A stretch of 63,858 nt of DNA, counting the filler, from Stramenopiles sp. TOSAG23-2 (lineage: Eukaryota), in NCBI GenBank assembly GCA_900128395.1. It is 17 parts of 17 records of this genome, joined end to end, with 100 filler letters (N's around TTAATTAATTAA, not from the genome) between each part and the next. Parts side by side here need not be neighbours in the genome. Positions count along the whole stretch, not along the records: positions 1 to 4,023 come from LT651023.1; positions 4,124 to 8,145 come from LT651024.1; positions 8,246 to 12,267 come from LT651025.1; 14 more parts are not named here. One strand, 5' to 3'. Below the pieces are notes generated by a model, which saw only the letters and a list, made by a program, of their open reading frames with translations, ran no database searches and had not been told where the DNA came from. Both the position numbers and the translations under genes were made by a program. Positions 1-10,172 of the stretch are shown here, piece after piece. How positions within the stretch are numbered: position 1 is the stretch's first letter; each line of letters begins with the position of its first letter.

Positions 1-1
1 T

Positions 2-538
2 CGTGGCCATATCGCACGTAATAAATATATGCAATTGCTTAAATCACTAGCTGCTACAAAGGAGAAAGAAGCAGAAGCAAAGCGTAAAGAGGAGGAAGAA
101 GAGGCAGCTGCGAAAAAAAAAGCGGAAGAAGAAGAAAAGGCTAAACAATTAAACCCAGGAGCTACAGTATGGTTAAAAGATGTTTACGGGAGGTGGGACG
201 CAGAGGATGGATATGAAAAAAACCAAGTATTTAAATGTACATTTAATTCTAAAAAGAAAAATGGGGATATGAATGTAACACTTCATGATGAATATGACGA
301 AGAGATAGAAGACATGGTTGAGGATGAACTGATATTAGCAAAAGATGCCATCATAAAAGAAAGGTATCGAATATGGACTATGAACCCTGAAAGAGACGGC
401 TGGGAAGAAAATACTACATATACAGGATATGTTAATTCAATACGAAGTGATGGTAAATTTGAAGTTACATTTGATGATGGGGACCAAGAAAGTGATATCG
501 AATTTGACGAAATTATTCGATTCCAGGAAATAGTGTAA
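2..538 (+). CDS. 5'-truncated protein: IQ-like motif, charged coiled coil, two Tudor/SH3-like modules
   Basis: Frame is open from base 2 (RGHIARNKY, tail of an IQ motif). Two similar modules follow, the second ending YTGYVNSIRSDGKFEVTFDDGDQE, a Tudor-like pattern. Confidence 0.55.
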   Translation, partial: RGHIARNKYMQLLKSLAATKEKEAEAKRKEEEEEAAAKKKAEEEEKAKQLNPGATVWLKDVYGRWDAEDGYEKNQVFKCTFNSKKKNGDMNVTLHDEYDEEIEDMVEDELILAKDAIIKERYRIWTMNPERDGWEENTTYTGYVNSIRSDGKFEVTFDDGDQESDIEFDEIIRFQEIV

Positions 539-650
539 TATATTATATATAAAATGTTCTCTTACTACTCATATATTATATAAATTTCTTTTACTCCCGT
601 TCATTAACATCTTAAATCAAAAATGATTTATAAAGTTTAGTAAAAATTAT

Positions 651-899
651 TTAGTATTCAAAAGATTGTTCCTCTGTCTGTGATTCAGAGTTAGACGAAA
701 GAGATACTCCTTCATAAAGTTGTAAATCACATGGTTTAATCAATCTAAATGTTTTTGTATTGTCATTATCCAATTTAACTTTTAATTTTCCATCCTTACG
801 TGAGGTCGCTTCAATAACTGTCCCTCTACTTCCTTGTTTAAATGTTGTCTTACCTGTTGTATAGTCCTTCGTTAATTGTAATATATATGTGTTTTTCTC
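651..899 (-). pseudogene. ATG-less open frame with SH3/KOW-like beta-barrel pattern
   Basis: Manual translation: LQLTKDYTTGKTTFKQGSRGTVIEATSRKDGKLKVKLDNDNTKTFRLIKPCDLQLYEG...*. Bounded upstream by an in-frame TAA; absent from the ORF track. Confidence 0.4.
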
Positions 900-1159
900 T
901 TACTCATATGTTATTTGTAATATAATATATATATTGATATATATATATGAACATAGCCGAAGTAAAGGAGCATGCAGCTTCTAATTGGATTTCTACCACA
1001 TGTAGAGATATACAAACTGCGATTATTAAAACTTGCGCTTATAATAATCGTTTTGCTTTAAAATGTGCATTTGGTGAGTCGTACAATGACTTGTACCCCG
1101 GTACAATTTATTCTCCGCCTTCCTATAATGTTCGTTTTCATCAACTGCTACGAGTAGTT

Positions 1160-1380
1160 GATACCATCTATTTACCTTCATTTGTTTTCTCTATTATGGG
1201 AATATCAACACATTAGTGTGAGATAGATTATTTCAGCTATTTGTATTCTTTTGTGAAGAGTAGGAATTATCATTTGAGTAAATTAAAACAATAAGTTATG
1301 CATTAATTAATAAATATATACAATAAATTATATGCGTAAATTAAATTATTATACGTCGTATATCATATCATATGATGATA
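1160..1380 (-). repeat. Dispersed AT-rich repeat, copy 1 (homologous to 13720-13955)
   Basis: Reverse complement CTCACACTAATGTGTTGATATTCCCATAATAGAGAAAACAAATGAAGGTAAATAGATGGTAT aligns with 13876-13953; flanking ATTTAATTTACGCA and ATTTACTCA blocks are also shared. Confidence 0.8.
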
Positions 1381-1434
1381 TAAAGATATACGAGGCGTAT
1401 GATAATGATAATCTACAAAGAATAAATTTAACCA

Positions 1435-1682
1435 CAAGCCAATATTAATAAAATCTATCTCACAGAAATCGAAGACAGATAATACATCGTACTGTTCTAG
1501 AGTATATCTCAATAGTCCGCGAAACGTGCCATTATTTCTAAAATATTTTTAATAAAATCAAGCCAATATTAATAAAATCTATCTCACAGAAATCGAAGAC
1601 AGATAATACATCGTACTGTTCTAGAGTATATCTCAATAGTCCGCGAAACGTGCCATTATTTCTAAAATATTTTTAATAAAAT
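1435..1682. repeat. Perfect tandem duplication, 2 x 124 bp
   Basis: 1435-1558 is identical to 1559-1682; may be real or an assembly artefact. Confidence 0.9.
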
Positions 1683-1762
1683 GCACAAATGCAGAATTTA
1701 TCTACCACCAAATATCATATCATACGAAAATATGATCGTATATTTTTATGGCACAATTATTT

Positions 1763-4021
1763 TTATTTAATATCGAAAAGTTTCTTCATTTTAATAACCA
1801 ACATCCAATCAGTTTTTTCCAAATCATCTTTGAAGTTTTGTTTTAATGCATCAATGGAACCTCTTGTAATTTTACTATAAAGGGCATTGTTATAATCAAA
1901 ATGACGCCCGTATGCAATGTGCATACTTTCAGCGGTTGGTTCAAATTTCACAGCAACCGAACTACCAGCCTTAACAAGATTCATTTCTTGATGATCTTTT
2001 TCTATAGACGATACTTTCCCAATTACCATTGGTTCCCCTTCTTCATTTTTAATGGTAGGGATACAAAATGGAGTTCCTATCTTTAATATACCTTCTACAA
2101 CATCGCATCCTAATACTATTGGCGATTTCTTCATAAATATACAATCAGATTTAATAGCCAATATACATGGGAAAACAGCTTCACCAGCAGCTTCTTCCCG
2201 TCTTTTAGCTTTCAATTCATCTAAATATGCAGTAAATTGATCAAATAAATGATAGATAATCTCAGCAGTAAAGATTGTAACACCAAGCTCCAACGCCATT
2301 GCAGTAGCATCTTTATCAACCTTTACATCGAATGCTAAAATAGTTGCATATTCAACTTTATGTTCAAGCATAACGGATGCTCTCATAACGTCTTTTTTAA
2401 ATACAGGACCGATTGAAACTGCACTTACTGGAATTTTTGATACTTTCAAAAATTCTAACAATGCCTCCAATGCACCTAACGTTGATGCTTGTACATATAC
2501 ACCTCTGCCATCAACTGATACTCGGCTTAACATGGACTCTAGTTCCTCTTGCACCGTTTCTTTTAATTCCTCCAAGTTGTCACCTTCTTTTTCCCTATAT
2601 ACAAGAACATTTGTCCCTGCAACAGCCGTATCTAAATTTTGTGCAGAAACTTTGATACCCATGGCTGCTTTGATTTGTTTATGCTTTTCATAATCATTTT
2701 TAACCCTTAATTCACGCATGGCACGAGGTGTTAGCAATGCTCTTACCTTGGTCACGATTGGACCTTTCGTACCGCAAACGACAAGATAATCTTGATTTGT
2801 AATCAAACCATTGATCAATATGACATCAATAGTCGTTCCAAGACCCTCAACAGCTTTGACTTCTAGACAAGTGCACTCGAATGCCTTAGAATACATAATT
2901 TTTTTCGTCATCAACTCTTGCGTCAATTGCACGGCTAATAAAAGTAAATCAGGAACACCTTCCCCAGTCATTGCCGATGTTGGGACAACGGAAACAACGC
3001 GGCGATAATCGTCATTGTCATAATAAAGTGCTGCATTCAAGCCCTGCTCCATTAATTCCCCTAGGATCTTTCCAGAACGATTTTCAAATTCTTCAATCAC
3101 ATATTTTTTTTGCGCTGCAAGCGCTTTACGGATTGGGCTGTTTTTACAGACTTTCCAATCATACAATCTATCAACTTTATTCAATGCAACTATGAAAGGT
3201 GTTTTTCTTGATCGTAACAAATTGATCGATTCAATTGTCTGTGGTTCCAAACCGTGCATAATATCAACTACCAATATAGCAATATCACACAAGCCTGATC
3301 CACGGGAACGTAAATTTGTAAATGACTCGTGACCCGGTGTATCAATGACAAGCAAACCTGGAACCTTCAATTCCAACTTTAAGCTTTTATTTAACTCTGC
3401 TGTTTTGATTTTGATTTGGTCCATAGGCATGTATGTAGCACCAATCTGTTGCGTAATACCACCAGCTTCACCATCTTGTACATTGGTCCTACGTATTTTA
3501 TCAAGTAATTTCGTTTTACCAGTATCTACATGACCAAGGACACATAAAATAGGTGAGCGCAAATCATCTTTCGATCGTTCATCCAACGCCAATTGCCTCC
3601 TAGCCTCACGCTTTTCACGCGCTAGCTCTAGATCTTCTTCATCATCTTCGCTTTCTTCCTCCACTGTAGGTTTTTCTGCTTGAATAGCTTTTGCTTTTTT
3701 CAATTCTTTCTTCTTTGCTGCTTCCTCTTTCAACTCTTCATCACTATCATCATCCCAATCATCTTTCAGCTGATCAATTTCTTCCACATCGCTATCGTCA
3801 AGATTTTCCCAGCCCCCATCATCAGAAGATTCTTCCTCTGCTTTTGCTTTTTCTTCCTCTTCCGCTTTTAATCTAGCTGCTTCTTCCTCCTCTTGTTTTT
3901 TACGCAAAGCTGCTGCTTCTTCTTTTCTTTTTTTTTCTTCCGCTGCTTTTTTTTGTGCAGCACTTTGTTGATTTTTCTTCTTTTTGCCGTAGACAACCTT
4001 TTTTTTCTTACCTCCAGTGTT
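1763..4021 (-). CDS. EIF5B: Eukaryotic translation initiation factor 5B (5'-truncated)
   Basis: LRSPILCVLGHVDTGKT, VIDTPGHESF and NKVD GTPase motifs; QASTLGALEAL domain III; frame open to the contig end (KKKVVYGKKKK). Confidence 0.97.
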   Translation of the reverse strand, partial: NTGGKKKKVVYGKKKKNQQSAAQKKAAEEKKRKEEAAALRKKQEEEEAARLKAEEEEKAKAEEESSDDGGWENLDDSDVEEIDQLKDDWDDDSDEELKEEAAKKKELKKAKAIQAEKPTVEEESEDDEEDLELAREKREARRQLALDERSKDDLRSPILCVLGHVDTGKTKLLDKIRRTNVQDGEAGGITQQIGATYMPMDQIKIKTAELNKSLKLELKVPGLLVIDTPGHESFTNLRSRGSGLCDIAILVVDIMHGLEPQTIESINLLRSRKTPFIVALNKVDRLYDWKVCKNSPIRKALAAQKKYVIEEFENRSGKILGELMEQGLNAALYYDNDDYRRVVSVVPTSAMTGEGVPDLLLLAVQLTQELMTKKIMYSKAFECTCLEVKAVEGLGTTIDVILINGLITNQDYLVVCGTKGPIVTKVRALLTPRAMRELRVKNDYEKHKQIKAAMGIKVSAQNLDTAVAGTNVLVYREKEGDNLEELKETVQEELESMLSRVSVDGRGVYVQASTLGALEALLEFLKVSKIPVSAVSIGPVFKKDVMRASVMLEHKVEYATILAFDVKVDKDATAMALELGVTIFTAEIIYHLFDQFTAYLDELKAKRREEAAGEAVFPCILAIKSDCIFMKKSPIVLGCDVVEGILKIGTPFCIPTIKNEEGEPMVIGKVSSIEKDHQEMNLVKAGSSVAVKFEPTAESMHIAYGRHFDYNNALYSKITRGSIDALKQNFKDDLEKTDWMLVIKMKKLFDIK

Positions 4022-4023
4022 TA

Positions 4024-4123
4024 NNNNNNNNNNNNNNNNNNNNNNNNNNNNNNNNNNNNNNNNNNNNTTAATTAATTAANNNNNNNNNNNNNNNNNNNNN
4101 NNNNNNNNNNNNNNNNNNNNNNN
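4024..4123. other. Artificial contig linker (N44-TTAATTAATTAA-N44); one of 16
   Basis: Identical 100-nt linker with stops in all frames also starts at 8146, 12268, 16386, 20502, 24614, 28719, 32817, 36914, 41008, 45097, 49186, 53273, 57350, 61426 and 62643. Genes run into the linkers unfinished. Confidence 0.99.
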
Positions 4124-4186
4124 TATATATACATATATAACATATAATTAGGTTTTCTTTTACATCCATTTATACTTATTACAATC

Positions 4187-5884
4187 ATGTCCTCATCGGG
4201 TAGAAAGAATACAACCTTAAAACGTAAAAAATTTAGTGCTGTTAATCAAAGCCATATGTTATCAAAAGAAGGAATTAAAGAATATGCTATATCGGTTGGT
4301 GTAGAAGCAGATTGTATGCTTGATAATAAAATTTGGGACGTTATTGGTGCTAGTGGTGAATATAGTCTGAAAAAAGTTGTTGAGGAAGCTCAGAAATATA
4401 CCAGGGCTGGTAAACGTGCACGTGTATCCCGGGAAGATATTAATTTAGCAATAAAATCTATGGGTGGGAAGTCTATTTATGGAATTGTATCTCAAGTTGA
4501 TGAGACTGTTCAAAGGAATCAAGATTTAAAAACTCTTGTCAAATCAAAAACAGCATTGGAAGCTGCTGAAATTTTGCCAACTTGTAGTATAGCGTTGGAC
4601 ACCTTATGCGACATGGAATTGCCGCCTGTACCACTGGAGCCCGCAATAACAGCACACTGGCTTGCAGTAGAAGGTATTATGCCTACTATACCGCAAAATA
4701 TAGATGTGAATGTCAACGAGGACGATAAGAACAATAATAGTAATTACAATAGTAAACATAAGAGTAAAAGCAATGGGGTTGGCCATAGCAACAATAGCAA
4801 AAAGAGCAATAGAAATGAACATAAACAACAAAATTTAATAAATACTAGAACAGGTGTATTATATCACAATTTATCGGAAGAACAACAGGTATATTTATAT
4901 CGTTTGCAATATGATGCATTAGTAAATGATGAAACCAATAGAAAAGATAAAGTCAATACTACGAAAACAGGAATGTCTACATCAACAATGAACTTGCCTC
5001 AATTGATGGAAGTAAAGGCTGTGGATATACGCAAAGCAGCAATTCGGCAAATCAGTTGCGATACTGCAGGTGCATTGCAACCATTAGTACCATATTTAAT
5101 CCATTGGATTGAAGTAACCACACAAAGTAATTTAAGAAATTTGCATATATTAAATTGTATAGTTGATGTAGCAGGTGGATTAATTGATAATCCAAATATT
5201 GATCTTGAACTTTACTTAGATCGCTTAATGCCATCATTATTGACATGCGTTGTCAGTAAACGTTTGTGTCAAGATGATGCAAAGGATGATCACTGGGCAT
5301 TGCGAGATCATGCGGCTGACATTGTTGCACGAGTTTGTGATAAATTTGGCGGTAAATATCCAAAATTGCAATTGAGAATTGCAAAGACATATCGTAAAGC
5401 ATTATCAAACCCGCATACACCATGGACGACATCATATGGAGTGTTAATTGGTTTGTGTAATCTAGGTGTTCGTGTAATTGAAACAGTATTGTTGCCAAGG
5501 TGTGAAGATTTTATAAAACGTTTGAAGGATGCTATGGATGGAATATTTGTTCCAGAGGAAGAAAGAAAGAGCAAAGGTGGTCAAAGAATTAGTAAGCGTG
5601 TGCAAAATAACCAAGTGTTAACGGAGGAGGAAAAGTTAAAGAAAAAGAAATCAGATGAATTAAAACAAGAAAATGCTCGTAAATGTTGGGGGGCATTATT
5701 GTTTACAGTCGGTAAATTATATACATATGAAGGTTTTGACGGTAGTGATGATAATAATGATATTAACAATGACTTAAAAAAGCAATTGCTTACATTATTT
5801 GGTGATGAACTATTGGCATATATTAAAGAAAAAGATAGTAGTAACAATGGTAGTGGTAACACTAATGGGAACAATATTTTATGA
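4187..5884 (+). CDS. TAF6: TFIID subunit 6
   Basis: N-terminal histone fold, AHWLAVEGIMPTIPQN, HNLSEEQQVY, LQPLVPYLI, DDHWALRDHAA HEAT-domain motifs. Confidence 0.93.
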   Translation: MSSSGRKNTTLKRKKFSAVNQSHMLSKEGIKEYAISVGVEADCMLDNKIWDVIGASGEYSLKKVVEEAQKYTRAGKRARVSREDINLAIKSMGGKSIYGIVSQVDETVQRNQDLKTLVKSKTALEAAEILPTCSIALDTLCDMELPPVPLEPAITAHWLAVEGIMPTIPQNIDVNVNEDDKNNNSNYNSKHKSKSNGVGHSNNSKKSNRNEHKQQNLINTRTGVLYHNLSEEQQVYLYRLQYDALVNDETNRKDKVNTTKTGMSTSTMNLPQLMEVKAVDIRKAAIRQISCDTAGALQPLVPYLIHWIEVTTQSNLRNLHILNCIVDVAGGLIDNPNIDLELYLDRLMPSLLTCVVSKRLCQDDAKDDHWALRDHAADIVARVCDKFGGKYPKLQLRIAKTYRKALSNPHTPWTTSYGVLIGLCNLGVRVIETVLLPRCEDFIKRLKDAMDGIFVPEEERKSKGGQRISKRVQNNQVLTEEEKLKKKKSDELKQENARKCWGALLFTVGKLYTYEGFDGSDDNNDINNDLKKQLLTLFGDELLAYIKEKDSSNNGSGNTNGNNIL

Positions 5885-6272
5885 CTATGATATTTTATAC
5901 GTATGTGCGTACGCTTCGTATGAAAAAGACGAGAGAGAGAGTATAACATACGTGTGTGATGATAATTATAATGAGTATGATACTGTAGTGTTTAAGTAAT
6001 ATTTTACAAAGAGAGAGTATATTTTAAATATGTATTTTTATATACGTATATTTTTGCTTTTTTTTAAAAATATAAAAACACATTTCTTTTATAATACGAC
6101 GCGTATTTCTATATCTAATTACGTATACGAATACATACGAAACTCGTAAAAAATATATTTTTTTGTATTTTTAAAAATAAGGTATTGATATATATATATA
6201 TCGTATATATGATATATATGATATATTAATATATATATTATACCAAGTACATCTATTAAATACACATACATT

Positions 6273-6913
6273 TCACTCCTCATCCTTTGGTTTCCATGTT
6301 TCATGCTCTACATCCTCTTTAAAGATTGTATCGCCTTTACGCAAACGTAAATTTTTATATGGGTTTTCTCGATCTCTAATACTAACAATAATTGAAAATG
6401 TTGCAAACAAATCATCATCATCAATATTATCATTCTTCTTTTGTTTTTCTAAATACTTTTTATAATTAAATTTATTGCCACCTCCATAAACACCTACATA
6501 TAATGTTTCAGCACCTTTTGGGAATTCTTTTAAATTAGATGGTAATTTTATAGTCTCACCACCTATACTTTTAGATATCCATGTGGATGTGGTTTTAGTT
6601 GGTTTCATTTTATTTGGCGATATATACAAATCAGGATCACCGTCTGTAACTTTTACTTGTATTTCTACATTATGAAAATGATGATGGTCATTATATTTTG
6701 GTAGACAAGCTTGAAAATAAACATATTCACCATATTTTACACGTGCATTTTCATATAAAACGTTTGGCCTTAATAACTGTCCTCCAGCAACAACTAATGT
6801 ATTGGGATTTATCAAATCATTTTGCTCAATATAATATGTGATTTCGTTACAAGTATTTAAAGGTGGTGGTTTATTATTATTTGATAACAGTTTCTTATTT
6901 TTACTTCCAATTG

Positions 6914-6947
<34 letters not shown>

Positions 6948-7208
6948 GTCTTTGTTAACATTATGGTTGTCATTAATGGCATTGGTATTCTTATCCATCA
7001 AATTGACTTTTTCTATAATCTTCTGATCTATATCTATGCTAAAGAAAAAATAATTCCAACCAAAAATCCAAATAGATATAAATATAAATATAATGCAAGA
7101 AAGACATGTACAAAAGATTTTTTTTTTTTTCTTTGATTGTCGTTTATATACCATAGTTGATTTTCTTCTAAGACGCCTTTCATGTTCCTTTAATAATGTC
7201 GGTAACAT
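6273..7208 (-). CDS. Type II membrane protein with luminal beta-sandwich (PPC-like) domain
   Basis: First ATG at 7208; basic stretch followed by one TM helix; GDPDLYIS and LYVGVYG motifs. Confidence 0.6.
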
Positions 7209-7405
7209 GATAGGGTCTAAGACTTGAAAGAAAAAACAAATAAAAACTGTGACGATGAATGGAGGTTGAGATGTATATATATTATATGAATCTATTTTAT
7301 GGTACTTAATGATTGTAATTTTCAAACTTTGAATTTAAATAATAGTGCAATAATTGAAAGAAGAAATAATATTTGCACATTTTTTATCCCATTATTCGGC
7401 GGTGC

Positions 7406-7462
7406 ATTCCAGCATTCCAGGCATTCCAGGCATTCCAGGCATTCTGGCATTCTTCTGGCATT
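7406..7462. promoter_or_regulatory. GC island, (CATTCCAGG)n micro-repeat, about 200 bp upstream of ATG 7208
   Basis: Tandem 8-9-mers in otherwise very AT-rich DNA; further islands at 7712-7790 and 7886-7909. Confidence 0.5.
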
Positions 7463-8467
7463 ACAGTAGCTCATCTATATTCTATACCCATACCACTAAA
7501 AAAATATATCACAATAATTTCAATAATGCTATGTGTTACAATGCTATACATATGCTATTTCAAAAAATCAATAGTGTATTGTTTTAAATAGTGGCCTAGG
7601 CAAAGCGAGGAGGTGAGGAATTCTGGAATTCGAAATACTACATCATGTATAGAAATATACTTATAATATGAAACTCCTATCGTGAATAATAGAAAGGAAT
7701 TAGCATTGATTCCGCCAGGTTTGCCAGCTAGCAGCTAATTAGGCCAGGTTTGCCAGCCAGGCCAGGTTGCCAGGTTTGCTAGGTTTGGATTTCCATGGAT
7801 TTTCCATATTATATTACTACTAGTATACTAGTATTGCACTTTGCCTTTTTATTTATAATTTTTTTTTGAATTTTTTTTAGTCATACTGGCTGGGCTGGCC
7901 GGGCTTGGCATCACAAGAAATAATATTTAGTATCAAGCACTCAGTACTTTTTATGAAATAATATGACTAATAATTAATACACCACCACTAAAAAACATGT
8001 ATGTTGTATTTCAAAATAAAATAGATATGAAACGAACGAATATCGTGAATTTCCTTCTCTTTTATTTTTAGCATTAATATATGAATATATTATATATATA
8101 CACTACTTCATCATTATGATTGCAGCATCTGCACAAGCAAAACAANNNNNNNNNNNNNNNNNNNNNNNNNNNNNNNNNNNNNNNNNNNNTTAATTAATTA
8201 ANNNNNNNNNNNNNNNNNNNNNNNNNNNNNNNNNNNNNNNNNNNNATTTGAAACATATTTGAATACATATGATATCCGTCTCTTTAAATATGAATGGGTA
8301 CATGTATAAATGTATGTTTTCTTGTGTGGTTTCTACAGTATTTCAAGATATATATATATATATATATATTATTTTTATTATTAGACGACCATATTCACTC
8401 AAAACTTTGCTAACCAACGTCTCACTATATCCAGGCAGGTATTAGATAATACCAGGTAGCACTAATT

Positions 8468-8506
8468 GCAATCTGGCAATCTGGCAATCTGGCAATCCGG
8501 GCAATG
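8468..8506. promoter_or_regulatory. GC island, (CTGGCAAT)n micro-repeat upstream of PRA1
   Basis: Same unit recurs at about 59030-59097 on another contig. Confidence 0.5.
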
Positions 8507-8680
8507 ATATTGAATTTTGATGCGTTTTTCCAAGGAGTATTATCTGAAATGCAAATCTAAAATCGTTCATGCTTTTTTAAAAATATATTAAGTATATAAA
8601 TTTGTATACTAATAATTATATCAAATCAAATTGTAATCTTAGTATACAAATATATATACTTAGTATATTTTTAAAAAAGT

Positions 8681-9543
8681 ATGAGCAGGTAAGATATTAT
8701 GAGTAGCTCCTCGTCCATGTATTATTATATATAATAATAATAGTAAATTTATTATTTTTATATTTTATATCGACGAACTTATCACATATTATTCCACATA
8801 TATGTAGACTTTGTATATCTATTATAATAATAATCCTCACAATAATTGAAATATTAAATAAATGATATATATACATATATGATTATAAATACACACTGAT
8901 GGCCTCGTTGAATTCCAACAGAAATATAACAGCATCAATGTCAGACACGTTACGTTCACGTTTAAACAATCTAAACGTACCAGAGTTTGCAACAAAATAT
9001 TATTCCACGATACAGCAACATGATTGGAGAGGCACATTGCGTTCATGGGAAGATTTTGCTACTGCACCACAAAAAGAAGATGGCGGCGTACAGATTCCAG
9101 CATTTAATATACCGACCGGGGAACAATTGAGACCTAGAGTTATTAGAAACATTTCATATTTCGTAACTAACTATGTCATGGTATATAGCATACTTACGGT
9201 CTATGGAATAGTTTCGGACGTGTATAATTTATTTATGGCATTTGCGTTAGGTGGTATGTGGTATTTTGTCGTAAATATTTTCCCAACATTAAGAGCCCCT
9301 AGCATTAATGGGACGAAAATTACACAAAAACATTTATATATATTGTTAATATGTGTTAGTGCTATAGTTGGGTTCGTTTTATTAGGAGAAATTTTTTATA
9401 TGGTTTTGACGTTTGGCTCTGTATTTTCATTTGCTCATGCATGTCTACGCGTCCCATCATATCATGATTCTCGTAAAGTAAAAACAGAGAAAACAGATGA
9501 AGATAGTGTAATTGATAATATTGAAAATAGTGATGCAGTATAA
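8681..9543 (+). CDS. PRA1: PRA1-family (prenylated Rab acceptor) protein; probable exons 8681-8688 and 8922-9543
   Basis: LRSWEDF and RVIRNISYFVTNY motifs, two hydrophobic hairpins, HACLR. ATGAGCAG|GTAAGA...CTGAT...CAACAG|A splices in frame. Confidence 0.85.
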
Positions 9544-10172
9544 ATAAAAACAACACGTAAAGACTATACAGAGAAAATAGAAAATATAGAAATAAAATCA
9601 AAACATCTATGTAAGAATTATCAATAACGGCGGTGCATTTTGCATCAACATTCAACATATATCAAGCAAAAACGTGTGTGTATTAACAGGAGGTACATAT
9701 TGCCACCTATTACTGGCAAGGAAAATCTCTGGTGTCCAGCAGAGTTAGAGTATACTGTAATTTTGATGATAGGAATTTTTGCTAGTAGTCTAATAACACT
9801 ATTAGTATAAAAATATTAACGTTATAAACACTTTCGCTACTATGCCAGTATGCCTGATTTATATGCCATAGTATCTATACGATATAGTTGTTTAATATAT
9901 ATTATGCGTATTTTTCAACCCATATGTATGTGCATATCTTCTATGTTACATGTAGCTACTATTATTAGTGAGTCGTCTATCATATTGTAAATCAAACAAA
10001 AATACAAAACACTAAATTATACAAAAAATATAGGCAAGCAAACAATTATATAAAGTTAACAGATTTTTTAATTGCTCCAATTTTAAAAGACATAAATCAG
10101 AGATTTAGTTTAAATAATAGCAATAACATTAAAATATAAAAAAAGAATTCACCATCACATCTTCTTAAAAAA

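Noticed and set aside
947-1216. 89-aa ORF as a gene
   Set aside because: Its 3' part overlaps a dispersed non-coding repeat; no recognisable motif.
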